Below the pieces are notes generated by a model. That model saw nothing but the letters and a program-made list of their open reading frames with translations, was not told the origin of the DNA and made no database searches. DNA of 64,000 bases from positions 12,631-76,630 of IMG/VR virus record IMGVR_UViG_3300031998_000052; one strand, 5' to 3'. This document shows, piece by piece, positions 29,261 through 40,408 of the stretch (position 1 is the stretch's first letter; every line of letters begins with the position of its first letter). The translations under genes and the position numbers were made by a program. The DNA is from a virus (lineage: Duplodnaviria > Caudoviricetes).

Positions 29261-29264
29261 ATCT

Positions 29265-32200
29265 CTATATCGTTAAATTGTATTCAGTCTGTGTTCCGTC
29301 GTTCACAAGCGCCCTGATGGTGAACAGCGTGCTCACACCAATGGTGGCCAGGTCAGAGTATTGCTGCGTGTGGACGATATCAATGTTACCGGCGAAGTTC
29401 TGCACCTTCGGGAGAAGCGCCCAGGCCGCATCAGCCGCCGGATCACCGGAATCCCTCTCAATCTCCCAGGCCACTACGTTCGCGGTCTTGTCCTCCCAGC
29501 CCTTGTACACCGTGCAACTCACGTGCAAGGTCTCACCGTAAGCCAGCGTGTCCATGCCCTCCGTGTCAATGTCTATCCGGTACGGCAGTTCCTCGAACTG
29601 CTTGATCACGCCAGACATGTAGATGTTGTTCAGGTAAGCCGAATACCCGGACATGTTCAGGCCGAAGATGTTCAGGTTCGACAAGTCACCGAACTGGGCA
29701 CCGATGTTGTTCGCCGTGAACTCCCAAGAGTTGACCGCCTTCAAGTAGCGCTCGTAAGTCCTGGTGCTGTAACGGGACGTCTGGCGGGTCGTGTCGGAGA
29801 AGTTTCCGTAGGCCACGAAGTGCATCTGTGCGCACGGGTGGTGAGTGGTTGTCCAACTGGCGCTGGCCGGACGGATAGCGTAGCGGAAGCAGTGGTTATC
29901 CTGGGCCAGAATCTCGGTGACGCGGAAGTAAGTGGTATAGAAGCCAGAGAAGGTAAAGTTGCCAATACCGTCATCGGAATCTGCGAGAGCGTTGGTCTGC
30001 TCATTGATGCCGTCGTGGAAGATACCCATGCAGATGTCATCCAGAGCGACCAGACCAATCTCGCCTTCCTCCAGGTGGAGGTAGATGATGCCGGTATTCA
30101 GCATGTTGCCGTTATCGTCGTAGTCCGGATAGACCTGCTCGATGATACCACCGCCCGGAGCACGCCACTGGTTGCCGACCTGTACGGATGTTCTGTTATA
30201 GCGCAGTTCGGGAACCTCCAGCCACTTACGGAGCGTCAGGGAGTCCAGTTCACCGTGGCCAAACTCGTCGATATTACCTCCCATGCCGGCCAGCCCTTCC
30301 GCGTAGTCACCGAAGGAGGTGCCGGCGGCCATGTTGATCTTTCCGACAGCCGTATCCTCATGCTCCCTGGACAGGTAAGATTTCGTCATCGCCCTGGTCG
30401 CAGCCTGGGCCTTCTGTACGATGTTGTTTACGTTCGCGATGATCTGCTCGGGGGAAAGCGCTTCGGAGCCGGAAGAGCGCCCAAGCACACTCTCGGAAAG
30501 AACCACCTCGACGGTAGGCAGCATCACGGTGTTGTTGGCCCACGTGATAGTCATGGACCGGATGGCCAGTTGCAGAATCTCACCACCGGAGAAGCGAGGA
30601 TCGTAAATCTCCATCACCGCGCCGGTCTTGAGTTTGCTCATCAGCGTCTCTTCCTCATCCTGGGCCAGCGTGTTGATACGGACGGTATCCAACTGGACCG
30701 CCCATGTCGGGTTAGCATAGGACTTTGCGTCCAGGGCGTTCTGCTTGTTCTCGTTCACCTTCTTCTCGGCCCACTCTACATAGATGTGGGGCATGTCGAT
30801 TCCGGTGAAGAAGAAGTGGTCCCCGGCCACAGGCTTCGGACTGGTAGCGTTCGGGATATATTTACCAGTGGACTCAAAGTCTGCATCAGACTTGGCCAGC
30901 ACCAGGCACCACTCAGAAGAGACGCCATTGAGCGTCTTGGAGCGATCCACTGTAGGCCAGTCCACAATGGTGAACTCATAGTCGCTGCTGGCCGACATCC
31001 AGCCATCAGAGAAAGTGATCTTCGCCTCGTTGCCAACGCGGTCTCCCAGGATAGGCTCCCAGACGCGCTTCATGTACTCAAGGTCAGTCTCGTTCTGTCC
31101 CTGGGTGGTCTGCCAGATGTTCTTTACCCAGATCTTGAAGGTCATGGGGTTGTCACCGGCATCAGAAGCATAGGACGAGATGAGGCGCACGTTCTTGATG
31201 CCAACCTCGCGGATGGTCATCTTGTCATACGGGTATGCGTTGATGTACGCCTCGATCTTGAGTTTGTACGTGAAGCCGCCCATCAGGGCTGTGATGGGGA
31301 ACTCAGCGTTGTCGCTCGTGCGTATGGCAGTAATCTTGGAATACTGCGTATTGATGGAGCAGGAATAGGCGTAGTTCGGGTAGGAAAGGCCGGACGTGTC
31401 GGAACCGAGATGCCAGTTATACCGGATCTCGCCAACGCGGTTGTTCGGAACCTTGAACTCCGGGCCGTAGAAGGTATGGGACCTGAGCGTGTTTCCGGAC
31501 GCGAAATTGTGGTTGACAACCATGTCATCCAGGCTGGTCTCCTGCGAGGCGCCGCCGTCATCGCCGTCCGTTATAGTGCCAATGGCCACCGTCTCGTCAA
31601 CGCGGCCCATAGGGTTTACCGTAATACCCTGGATGGTCGGATAGATGGTGTCATCGTCCTCCAGTTTGCCCTGGCGGACTCCGTATTCGGCTATGGAATC
31701 ATCATCCTTGACATATTCTACCGGAGAGAACTTCGTATCGGTCAAGCCCTTCTGGTATGCCCAGTGCGACTGGACGTCGTAAGGCTCAGGAGTGGACGGA
31801 ACCGGATAATCCGGATTCGCCGGTCTGTTCGGGTTGCGGAGCCATCCCTTCACATAGTAGCGGAAGTTGATGTCAAGCAGGCGCTCGAAATATACGTTCT
31901 CCAACTCTGCGCAGGCGTCAGGGTCCGGGTCGAAGGCGGTGTTGTTCGGGTCTGCCTTCTTGAAGTACCGGTAAGGCAGGTTCTGCTCGCCACCACGGCC
32001 AAGCAACTGGTTGTAGATGTCGGCATCCTGCAACTGGCGCTCAATCTTGGTGAGGCCACCAGAGTATCCATACTGGAAGATGTGGCCCTGGATGGTGTCA
32101 ACAGTTCCTCCAACATGGATGATGTACTTCTGGTAGGCTTCACTCCACTCAATGCGCCAGATGAGTCCGTACACGTCGTAGATGGCCGGTAGAACGTCCC

Positions 32201-32687
32201 ACAGATAGGTGTACTCAATCTCGACCTCCTTTACCTCCGGATCAAGCGTAGTTCCGGAATCCACCTGAATCTCGAAGAGGTTCCCGAAGTAGTAACTGAG
32301 AACACGATTGAAGGCCGTGATAAAGTTCTGTGCGTTCAGCCTCAGGGAGGCAATGTACTTGTCCACAATCACCGTACCAACCTCCACCTCGGATAGTTCG
32401 ATGAAGAAATATCTCTTCAGCTCCGAGATTGGATAGGACGTGAAAGTGAGGTCGATGACGGAGCACCTGGTTGTATTGTCCTTCGTTGCCTGGGGTGTGT
32501 GTGTGTTCAGCGTGAACTTCTCGCCGTTGTACTCAACCCACCATTCCGTACCCTGAAAGTCCGGAACCACATCTCCGTCAATCCTCACCTGCGTAGTAAT
32601 AACGCGATCACCCATCTCTTCAAAAGAGACGGTCGCTTGCGTCAGAGTCGCATAAGAGGGGAGATGTTCAGTTATTCCAGGAATCAT
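29265..32687 (-). CDS. Large tail-tip/baseplate hub (Tal-like) protein
   Basis: 1140 aa after the Dit-like gene; YGYSGGLTKIERQ, LLGRGGEQNLPYRY, SIAEYGVRQG. Confidence 0.7.
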   Translation of the reverse strand: MIPGITEHLPSYATLTQATVSFEEMGDRVITTQVRIDGDVVPDFQGTEWWVEYNGEKFTLNTHTPQATKDNTTRCSVIDLTFTSYPISELKRYFFIELSEVEVGTVIVDKYIASLRLNAQNFITAFNRVLSYYFGNLFEIQVDSGTTLDPEVKEVEIEYTYLWDVLPAIYDVYGLIWRIEWSEAYQKYIIHVGGTVDTIQGHIFQYGYSGGLTKIERQLQDADIYNQLLGRGGEQNLPYRYFKKADPNNTAFDPDPDACAELENVYFERLLDINFRYYVKGWLRNPNRPANPDYPVPSTPEPYDVQSHWAYQKGLTDTKFSPVEYVKDDDSIAEYGVRQGKLEDDDTIYPTIQGITVNPMGRVDETVAIGTITDGDDGGASQETSLDDMVVNHNFASGNTLRSHTFYGPEFKVPNNRVGEIRYNWHLGSDTSGLSYPNYAYSCSINTQYSKITAIRTSDNAEFPITALMGGFTYKLKIEAYINAYPYDKMTIREVGIKNVRLISSYASDAGDNPMTFKIWVKNIWQTTQGQNETDLEYMKRVWEPILGDRVGNEAKITFSDGWMSASSDYEFTIVDWPTVDRSKTLNGVSSEWCLVLAKSDADFESTGKYIPNATSPKPVAGDHFFFTGIDMPHIYVEWAEKKVNENKQNALDAKSYANPTWAVQLDTVRINTLAQDEEETLMSKLKTGAVMEIYDPRFSGGEILQLAIRSMTITWANNTVMLPTVEVVLSESVLGRSSGSEALSPEQIIANVNNIVQKAQAATRAMTKSYLSREHEDTAVGKINMAAGTSFGDYAEGLAGMGGNIDEFGHGELDSLTLRKWLEVPELRYNRTSVQVGNQWRAPGGGIIEQVYPDYDDNGNMLNTGIIYLHLEEGEIGLVALDDICMGIFHDGINEQTNALADSDDGIGNFTFSGFYTTYFRVTEILAQDNHCFRYAIRPASASWTTTHHPCAQMHFVAYGNFSDTTRQTSRYSTRTYERYLKAVNSWEFTANNIGAQFGDLSNLNIFGLNMSGYSAYLNNIYMSGVIKQFEELPYRIDIDTEGMDTLAYGETLHVSCTVYKGWEDKTANVVAWEIERDSGDPAADAAWALLPKVQNFAGNIDIVHTQQYSDLATIGVSTLFTIRALVNDGTQTEYNLTI

Positions 32688-32698
32688 AGGTCATAGAG

Positions 32699-33202
32699 TT
32701 AGGATCCGGAGCCAGAACCGGGCTGTGCTCCTCCAAGATTGAAGTTGCACAGGCTCGGCTTATTCACGCGGATTACCCACTCTACTACCACAACATCATG
32801 ATCGTTGCCCTTGCTGTCACGCCAGAACTGGGCGGCCAAGGCTATCGGCTTCGGGTATCCCACGATAAGCACCTTCTTGTAATCATTGTAGAAAGACACC
32901 TGCTTGAAGGTCTTGACTCCATTGGAGTCAGCCGTGTACAGGGCGTCGTTGAAAGCCTTGATTACGGTGTTGGCGTTGTCCAGGGAACCGTCGGCCTTGA
33001 CGTAAAATTTCACTTTATAATCAAACGGAGCATCAACCGTCTTCGGGATGATGTTCTCGCCTTCCTGCTCAGGGTATGTGGTCGTGTCGAAGTCCTTCAC
33101 GTCGGCGCCCAAGCGGAGGTCCGACGAAACGTACCACAACTTGTAACCGGCGATGGAGTCTTTTATCTGACCGTCTCCTATTTTAATTCGGACCGTGAGC
33201 AT
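32699..33202 (-). CDS. Distal tail (Dit-like) protein
   Basis: Position between tape measure and hub; size; GS-rich C-terminus. Confidence 0.55.
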   Translation of the reverse strand: MLTVRIKIGDGQIKDSIAGYKLWYVSSDLRLGADVKDFDTTTYPEQEGENIIPKTVDAPFDYKVKFYVKADGSLDNANTVIKAFNDALYTADSNGVKTFKQVSFYNDYKKVLIVGYPKPIALAAQFWRDSKGNDHDVVVVEWVIRVNKPSLCNFNLGGAQPGSGSGS

Positions 33203-33563
33203 GATGCAATTTCTTTAATTCGCAGTTTTCACACTGGCTGTCCAGTTCATCCTCGTGACGAAGGACGGGGCAACCATCGCCCTCGGCAGTGTACTGGCAA
33301 TGATTAGCACGACGAATGGACTCGCGCTTGTCATCCAGTTTCTTCTCAAGGTGCTTGTTGTACTCCCGCGTCTTACGATTCTCGATATCCTGGTCCGCGA
33401 TGTACTGTTTCTGCATCTCAAGAATCTGGGATACGTTCTGGAGAACATCTGCCTCCTTCTTCTGCTTGGTCCGCCAGATGCTTGCGAACCATCCCAAAAC
33501 TGCTGTGACTGCTGGTAATGCTACATCTCGAAGCACATCCAGTATGATAGGACTTCCTTCCAT
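33183..33563 (-). CDS. TM plus coiled-coil protein (holin/antiholin-like)
   Basis: Single N-terminal TM then coiled coil and Cys-rich end. Confidence 0.55.
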   Translation of the reverse strand: MEGSPIILDVLRDVALPAVTAVLGWFASIWRTKQKKEADVLQNVSQILEMQKQYIADQDIENRKTREYNKHLEKKLDDKRESIRRANHCQYTAEGDGCPVLRHEDELDSQCENCELKKLHHAHGPN

Positions 33564-34046
33564 TTATTTGACCGCTTGATTAAAAGTGATACACTTCATG
33601 TCATCGGAGTCCTCGCCATTGACGGTATTGGAACCAAAGACATACAGAGGGACACGAGTGGTCGAGCCGTAACGGTGGGCACATTCTACACTCATCTCGC
33701 AGCCATTGGCAAAATAAAGCATCGGGATAATCTGCTTTTCGACGTTAAGGCCGGTTCGGATCGTCCCGGTGCAGTTGTGGAAGACATAGACCTGCTGGGC
33801 GTCAAGCACATCGCCGTCAAAGTGGTGGTCGATGAATACACCGGCCAACTCGCAATCGGCAAAGTGCTTGCGGAGGGTTTCCATACTCGGATAGCCCTCC
33901 TCAAGCGCCCAATCTATCGTCTTTTTGTACAAGCCAATCGCTTCTACCCTTGATTTAACCTCCTCAAGGGCATCGCGATTCTCCTGGCACATGTGGTGTG
34001 CCGAAGCCTCACGTCGCAACTGTCTTTTCCATTCGTTATCCATCAT
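33564..34046 (-). CDS. Hypothetical protein with its own promoter
   Basis: TATCTTTG at 34051-34058 just before ATG 34046. Confidence 0.7.
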   Translation of the reverse strand: MMDNEWKRQLRREASAHHMCQENRDALEEVKSRVEAIGLYKKTIDWALEEGYPSMETLRKHFADCELAGVFIDHHFDGDVLDAQQVYVFHNCTGTIRTGLNVEKQIIPMLYFANGCEMSVECAHRYGSTTRVPLYVFGSNTVNGEDSDDMKCITFNQAVK

Positions 34047-34066
34047 GGCACAAAGATACAAAATTT

Positions 34067-37000
34067 TTACTTTGTTCCAACGCAATGAGTGTTGGTATTT
34101 GCGGCCTTCGGGGTGATCACGCTCTTGAGCATAGACCGCATATCTGCCAGGTTCTCGTCAATCCGCTGCATCTGGCCACGGAACGTTTCGTCACCAAAAG
34201 TGCTTACGGAGGCGACGGGATTACTATTGGGACTGGTTGCAGGAGCCTTACCCTCGATGGCAGAACGGATGGCCGCGACGTCTGCGCTGATGGTCGGCAT
34301 ATAAGACATATAGAAGTTCTGGGTATTGATACCGGCGGCAAGTCCATTTATGCTCTGCTCGGATGCACCAGCAAGTTCTTTTGATATGCCTGTAAGGCTG
34401 TTTCCTGTTCCACGCATGTTTATTCCGGCAGAAGCAAGGCGCTGCATCAGGGCCGTCAGTTCCGCGTTAATCAATTCAGTCTTCTTTTCTGTCTCTGCGG
34501 CTATGGCGGCAATATCCTTTTCAGATAACTCCTCGCCCTCCTTTGACATCTTGTCAATCATGTCAAAAATAGGCTGGAGTTGTTTCTGGACGATGGCGGC
34601 GGCCAGAGAGTTGATAACCATATTATCAATCATCTCCTTAAACTTCTCTTTAATAGCACCGGTCGTGTTTCCGAAAGACTTATAAGCGTCAATCCACGCC
34701 TCTGCAAAAGATTTAGCGGCAGAAGTGACATCTGTGCCAGAGAAGAAATTCGCGAGATCATCTTGCATTTCACGAATCTGCTCCTCTATCTGGTACTTCA
34801 TATCCTCGTAACTCTTGGCCTTATCCTCATCAGCAGACTTGCCTTTTGCTCTTTCGTTATCAGCCATAAGTTGATAAGCGGTAGCGGTTGCCATTAGCTT
34901 TTCAAGGGAGGCATTATAGTTGTGGATATAGTCTGTTCCGAACGAGTCTTTAATAGCCTTTTCAAGTCTATTGTACTCCTTCTCAAGGTTTTTGACTATA
35001 TCTTGCTGGTTCTTAATTTCATCATCTAACTTCTTGACCTTCAACTTTTGAATGTTGTTGATTATAGAAATTATAGACCCTGCGATATCAGCAAGAACGG
35101 CAAATCCATTACCGGACTTTAAGTCGTTCCAACCCTTTACTGCATATTTATTGAAGTCGCTCACAAAGTCAAACCACCCACCTATTTTATTCTCTTCTGA
35201 CCGGACCTCATTCAACTGGTCTATGATTTGCTGAGTGGATGTGATTAGGTCGTTAACTGCGCGTACAACAAGTTCTATAATCATAATAACGGAAGCCGCC
35301 TCTGCACCAGCAGAAGCCATACCTTCTGCCATTCCTCCCATCGCTTCTCCAGCAGCAGCAGTATCACCACCAAGTGATTGCATCAAACCGTCAAGGTTTT
35401 CGATGTTCTCCATGCTTTCCCCGCCAAAAGATTTCCCAAACGTCTTTATCATCGAATTAACCCACTCGGTCTCACTACTGCTTAGAGAATCACCACGCTG
35501 CATTTTGGCGGAAATAACCTGGAGTGTATCAGAATAATCCGTCATCCTTCTGATTACACCATCCAATCCGTCTTTCATATAAGAATGGAACAAATTTGCG
35601 TTCTCATTCAGTTTTTTGAACTGCTCGTCAACGGCACGAAGATTCCTTCTGAGTTCGTCTGCGCCAATAGAACCAGCCTTGAAAGCATCGAGATAGGCTT
35701 GACGAAGTTGCCCGCGAACAGTGGCCGCCTCTGTCGTCGTCATCATGTTTATCTCCGAGAAAAATTTGATATAATCATCACTTTCCTTGAAGATATCAAG
35801 ATTCATTTGTCCCTCAAGCGCACGAATGATTGCTTCGGCCTGATCCCGCAAAGCCTTTTTCTGGTCCTCAGATAATTCCGGGTTTTTCAGAGATATAGTA
35901 AGAGCCTGGCGTATCTGAGTAATTTCATTTTCGGCACGTTTTCTAATTACAGCAATCTTCTGCACACTACTGCCGTACTTTGAAACCATGTCAGCAAAAT
36001 TCTTGACTATTTTTGCGTCCTGTTGCTGGGAATAAGAAGCCATTTCTTTGACAGATTCACGCCACTCCTTGCTGAACTTGTCAAGATTCTTCAATATGAA
36101 GCCCCAGTCTTGCTGCTTGATAGCAATACGCATCTTATCCCAAAGGTCATAATCAGATACGTCAAATGTATTAAACGCTTCATTGAGCATCGTTTGAATA
36201 CGCTCCTTCAAATCATTCCCTACATCGCCATAAACAGACACGGTTAAGGATGTGGCGAGTTCTGCATCGCCAGTAGAGGACAGAATATCGTTATAAAAAT
36301 CCCTAACAATTTCTGACTGTTTTAATTCATCTTTCATTTTTATGAAAGCCGCCTCGAAATCAGCCTTCTGTTGAGACAAATCAAAATCGGTGCGTTCCTT
36401 GAAAATATCCGCAAGAAGGTCCTGCCAAGCCTTTAATGTGCGACTTTTCGTATCCTTCGCCAAGATAGCCTGGACGCCAAGACCGGCCCACGTTCTCCCA
36501 CCAAGTTTTTGAATCTTTTTAGTTATTTCTTCTATGGTCTTGTCGTACCACGAAAGAACCTCTTGGCGCGAACCGCTCATTGCGTCAACATCAAAGCCAA
36601 GTGCAGCGCCACGGCCACTCATAATACCGCGAGTTTTTGATAAAGCCTCGCTATGTGCCATATATTCATCAAGGTCCTCGACGCTCTTTCGGAAGTCCTG
36701 TACAAACTTTGTCCTGTTTTTGTAAATGAGGATCCAGGGGTCCTGCTGATATCCACCACCTCCAGTAGATTTCAACAAGAAGCCGTAAGTCTTCTGCATT
36801 TCCTCAAGCGCCTTCTTCTGGTCTTCAAGACTCGAAATCGTGGCTGCGATTTTTTCTTTGAGTTCAAGATCTATCGTCTCTTTCAGTTGCTTGTTATAAT
36901 GCTCAAGTTCCTCATTTACGGACTTGTACTTCCTCGACCATAATCCATACAAATCGACGATGGTTGTGATGTCTTTTAGGTCCTTGTTTGAAAACAGCCC

Positions 37001-40000
37001 CATCTTCGAGAACGTCTCCTTATCGGAGCCACTAAAGGCCGACTCCATTAGATTAGGAAATAGAGACTGAACATTCTTGGCGAGACCAGAGAAAACATCG
37101 GAAGTGTATCTTCCTCGCAACTCCTGAAAGTATTCATATATCGTCTGGAGATCCAGTTTGAAGTTCTCAAACTCCTCCTTCGCCTCGTCACTTATATTCG
37201 GGTCGAGTTCTACATTAGCCAAGGACTCCACTTCCTTGTCTATTTCGCCGATTTTCTTATCTATAAGATCAATGACGTCGGTCGCATCGTCAAGGACGGA
37301 AAGTTCCTTTTCTGTAATGAGGTATTTATTCGCAGAATCACCCCTCAATTTTTCATTAAGGGCGACAAGGCTATAATACTCCTCTTGCATCTGATGAAGT
37401 TTCTCTCCAGCGTCTTCATCCACATCGATTCCAAGAAGAATACCATGTTCGTCCTTAAAATCGGAAGATGCAATAATCTCCTGTACATAAGCATCCAATT
37501 CATCCGGAGAAAGGACGGTCCCATCAGGAAGAATCGGCGTTACCATAATGTTATGCTTTTTCCCCTTGTTGTCCTCAAAGTCATAGACAGAGGAGAATAC
37601 AGTGGCGATACCATCACCGGCGTCCTCCCAGCCCTTCTCGACGAGTTTCGCGGCGTCTATAATTGGACGAGCAAGAAGGTCCGCAGTCGCCTTTGGAAAC
37701 GCAGCGACCATCTCTTCTCCAAGGCGCTTCATTGCGTCCTTATCATAAGTCTTCAACAAGAGTCCTTGGAAGTTATCAACAATGTCTTTCGCATAAACGC
37801 TCTGAGAAGCAAAGAACTCCTCCATCGCTTCAAGCCTAACACGCTCAGCAACAGCCCAATCGAGTTCAGATTGAATCTGATCACGAATTTCTCCGGTCTG
37901 CTCCTTAATGGATGCCGATAAGGAATCTTCACGCTCCTTGACAGTCTTCTTTCTCTTTGCGATAGCATCGAGCGCCTCATCAAGTGTGTTCCATTTTTCG
38001 ATTTCGTCGTCCGTGAAAATGGGAGACGTTGTGTCACCAACGGTAATGTCTCTCATTTTCTGAATTTGCTTTTGCCAGGCGTTAAGGCTACTTTCAATTA
38101 ACTCCGGATGTAATATGCGGTTAAGCGCCTCAATTCGTTTGGCGAGTTTATCATAAAGTTCTTCCTGCTCTGCGATGCTAACATTGACATCATCAATATC
38201 TTTCTTCGCATTTTTCCACTCCTTCGAGTCCAGATATAGATCATTCATTGCCAACTCTCTTTCGAGTCTGGCGGCGTTTTCTGCAAGCCTCTGGCGTTTC
38301 TTATAGAGTTTCTCGATTTCCTTTCCAACCTCTTCTCTCTTGATGCGTTCAGCGTCAAGTTTCTGCTCGCCACGAAGCCTTATCTCCTCCTCTCGCTGAG
38401 TATTTAACTCGCGAAGTTTTTCAATCTGGACGTCAAGAGCATCAGATTCGTTGTCGATACCAATGCCAACCTCAGGGAACTTCTCCTGCAATAAAGACAT
38501 TGTTTGATACAAGCGCCTCGATTCCTTGTCGGTCAATTCCGTCTTGCTTGCAAGAATTTCATACCGAGTGATCAGTTTATCGAAACGCTGCACTTCCTTC
38601 AATCCTGCCGATGTTCCCTCAATGAGTTCATCAAACTCCTGGAAACTATTGGCAGCATCGTCCGTTCTTTTTCTGAACAGAAATAGTGCCGCAGCAATGG
38701 CGCCAACGGCGGCAACGGCAGCAGCAACCGGACTTGCAACAACAGCAGCCCACAACTTCCAAAAACTACGTGTAAGGGCATTTGTCGCCACCCTCTGACG
38801 CATCAAGGCGTATGTATATGCGTTTACGTTTTTGATTCCACGAACGTTGGCAATAGACTGTGCCTCTTTTGCCGTCGCCTCCTCAATCTCTGCCATTGCA
38901 GCCTGCCTGGTCGCGATTCTCGCTTTTGTCGTTGCGGCATAGTATATGAGCCAGGCAGCGGACGCTCCTTCTATCAGTTTCGGGACGAGACGAAGGTTTT
39001 TGGCGAGGAAGTTTAGTGTTCCGAGAATTATGTTGTTATAAACCTCGAACGTCTTTGTATTACCAACGGCCTGCAAGCCAATATCATAAGCATCTTTCAG
39101 TTTCTCCCATCTACCAGCAAGGGTGGCGGCCTGTTGCTCCTGCATCTTGTAGAACATTCCTCCCTTCTCGGTTAGATCCTCAAAGATTTCTGCAATCATC
39201 GAGAACGGAACCGCACGCTTGGAAATAAGTTCAAAAACATCACTCGTTTTGACAACCTTACCGTTGAGTTCTGTAAACTTTTCAGCCAACATATCAACAA
39301 GCGGTATGCCAGCCTCAGTGAACTGACGGAGTTCCTGACCACGAAGCACAGAGGCGGCGCGAACCTGGCCGTAAGCAAGGATAAGGCGGTTCATGTCAAC
39401 GCCAAGACCGGCAGATATGTCTGCAAGCCTCGTCATGGTGGAGAAAAGTTCCTCCTGTTCAATCCTGTATGCGGCGAGTTGCTTGGTGTATGTAACCAAA
39501 TCTTTGATCCTGAACGGAGATTCTATGGCGGCCGCCTTAATCCTCTCAAACAACTGGGCGCCGTACTCCTCGTCTTGGATAAGATGGCCCAATGCGACTC
39601 TCTGATACTCAAGTTCTCCGGTAACGTCTCGGATCTGTTTCGCAAACCGAAGCAGAGAATATATTGAGACGTATGCGGCAAATTGTCCGGCAAGGCGGCC
39701 AAGTACACTCGACTGCCTTGCAAGAGATGCCGTGTAATTATCCGTTGCCCCCTTAGCCTTCTGCAACTCCTTCTGGACGCCCTGCAACTGCTTGCGCAAC
39801 TGCTCATATTTGCTCGAACCAATGGTGGCTTTATTCAGTCTATCAGTAAGAATACGTTCCTGCTCTTGCAAAACACGAACCGTCTTTACCGTCGTATTAA
39901 GAATAGCGTTCTCATACTGACGAGCCTGAGCGCCCTTCTTCTTTAGATCAATAAGGCGTTTTTCCTCTTGAATCATCTGCTCAAGAGTCTTCCCGGAACG

Positions 40001-40408
40001 TTCAAGTTCGGCAGAGACCTTCTTGTAATTTGCCAGGACTTGCTGGGCCTCAGCAGACAAATTACCCTTCTTGTCAAACTTCTGCTTGGAACCCATATTG
40101 GCCCATTGCTCACGAAGATAAGCCAGAGTATTGGATAATTTTCGTATGCTCCCATCATTGGACGCAAATTGGCGGAACTGGTAATCTGCCGCAGCCAGAG
40201 CCTGAGACACAAGTTGTATCTCTTTTGCCGCTTTCTCCCAGTTCTTGCTTCCGATCTTGTATTTTGCCAAGTTCTCCTGGGCTTTAAGAAGCCTATCATT
40301 CAACTTGTTAACACTGCTCTCCAGGGGAGCCATTGCCTTGGGCACACGCGCTGCGGCGTCCGCAAACGCCTTGTCTATATCAATGACAACAGGTATTTCA
40401 ACTGCCAT
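34067..40408 (-). CDS. Tail tape measure protein
   Basis: 2113 aa, helical; SPFRIKDLVTYTKQLAAY, RLILAYGQV, ELRQFTEAGIP tape-measure motifs; follows the chaperone genes. Confidence 0.92.
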   Translation of the reverse strand: MAVEIPVVIDIDKAFADAAARVPKAMAPLESSVNKLNDRLLKAQENLAKYKIGSKNWEKAAKEIQLVSQALAAADYQFRQFASNDGSIRKLSNTLAYLREQWANMGSKQKFDKKGNLSAEAQQVLANYKKVSAELERSGKTLEQMIQEEKRLIDLKKKGAQARQYENAILNTTVKTVRVLQEQERILTDRLNKATIGSSKYEQLRKQLQGVQKELQKAKGATDNYTASLARQSSVLGRLAGQFAAYVSIYSLLRFAKQIRDVTGELEYQRVALGHLIQDEEYGAQLFERIKAAAIESPFRIKDLVTYTKQLAAYRIEQEELFSTMTRLADISAGLGVDMNRLILAYGQVRAASVLRGQELRQFTEAGIPLVDMLAEKFTELNGKVVKTSDVFELISKRAVPFSMIAEIFEDLTEKGGMFYKMQEQQAATLAGRWEKLKDAYDIGLQAVGNTKTFEVYNNIILGTLNFLAKNLRLVPKLIEGASAAWLIYYAATTKARIATRQAAMAEIEEATAKEAQSIANVRGIKNVNAYTYALMRQRVATNALTRSFWKLWAAVVASPVAAAVAAVGAIAAALFLFRKRTDDAANSFQEFDELIEGTSAGLKEVQRFDKLITRYEILASKTELTDKESRRLYQTMSLLQEKFPEVGIGIDNESDALDVQIEKLRELNTQREEEIRLRGEQKLDAERIKREEVGKEIEKLYKKRQRLAENAARLERELAMNDLYLDSKEWKNAKKDIDDVNVSIAEQEELYDKLAKRIEALNRILHPELIESSLNAWQKQIQKMRDITVGDTTSPIFTDDEIEKWNTLDEALDAIAKRKKTVKEREDSLSASIKEQTGEIRDQIQSELDWAVAERVRLEAMEEFFASQSVYAKDIVDNFQGLLLKTYDKDAMKRLGEEMVAAFPKATADLLARPIIDAAKLVEKGWEDAGDGIATVFSSVYDFEDNKGKKHNIMVTPILPDGTVLSPDELDAYVQEIIASSDFKDEHGILLGIDVDEDAGEKLHQMQEEYYSLVALNEKLRGDSANKYLITEKELSVLDDATDVIDLIDKKIGEIDKEVESLANVELDPNISDEAKEEFENFKLDLQTIYEYFQELRGRYTSDVFSGLAKNVQSLFPNLMESAFSGSDKETFSKMGLFSNKDLKDITTIVDLYGLWSRKYKSVNEELEHYNKQLKETIDLELKEKIAATISSLEDQKKALEEMQKTYGFLLKSTGGGGYQQDPWILIYKNRTKFVQDFRKSVEDLDEYMAHSEALSKTRGIMSGRGAALGFDVDAMSGSRQEVLSWYDKTIEEITKKIQKLGGRTWAGLGVQAILAKDTKSRTLKAWQDLLADIFKERTDFDLSQQKADFEAAFIKMKDELKQSEIVRDFYNDILSSTGDAELATSLTVSVYGDVGNDLKERIQTMLNEAFNTFDVSDYDLWDKMRIAIKQQDWGFILKNLDKFSKEWRESVKEMASYSQQQDAKIVKNFADMVSKYGSSVQKIAVIRKRAENEITQIRQALTISLKNPELSEDQKKALRDQAEAIIRALEGQMNLDIFKESDDYIKFFSEINMMTTTEAATVRGQLRQAYLDAFKAGSIGADELRRNLRAVDEQFKKLNENANLFHSYMKDGLDGVIRRMTDYSDTLQVISAKMQRGDSLSSSETEWVNSMIKTFGKSFGGESMENIENLDGLMQSLGGDTAAAGEAMGGMAEGMASAGAEAASVIMIIELVVRAVNDLITSTQQIIDQLNEVRSEENKIGGWFDFVSDFNKYAVKGWNDLKSGNGFAVLADIAGSIISIINNIQKLKVKKLDDEIKNQQDIVKNLEKEYNRLEKAIKDSFGTDYIHNYNASLEKLMATATAYQLMADNERAKGKSADEDKAKSYEDMKYQIEEQIREMQDDLANFFSGTDVTSAAKSFAEAWIDAYKSFGNTTGAIKEKFKEMIDNMVINSLAAAIVQKQLQPIFDMIDKMSKEGEELSEKDIAAIAAETEKKTELINAELTALMQRLASAGINMRGTGNSLTGISKELAGASEQSINGLAAGINTQNFYMSYMPTISADVAAIRSAIEGKAPATSPNSNPVASVSTFGDETFRGQMQRIDENLADMRSMLKSVITPKAANTNTHCVGTK

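Noticed and set aside
29361-32192. 943-aa + strand ORF and similar long opposite-strand ORFs (for example 18801-20027, 45272-46714)
   Set aside because: Antisense shadows of GC3-biased real genes; no motifs or operon logic
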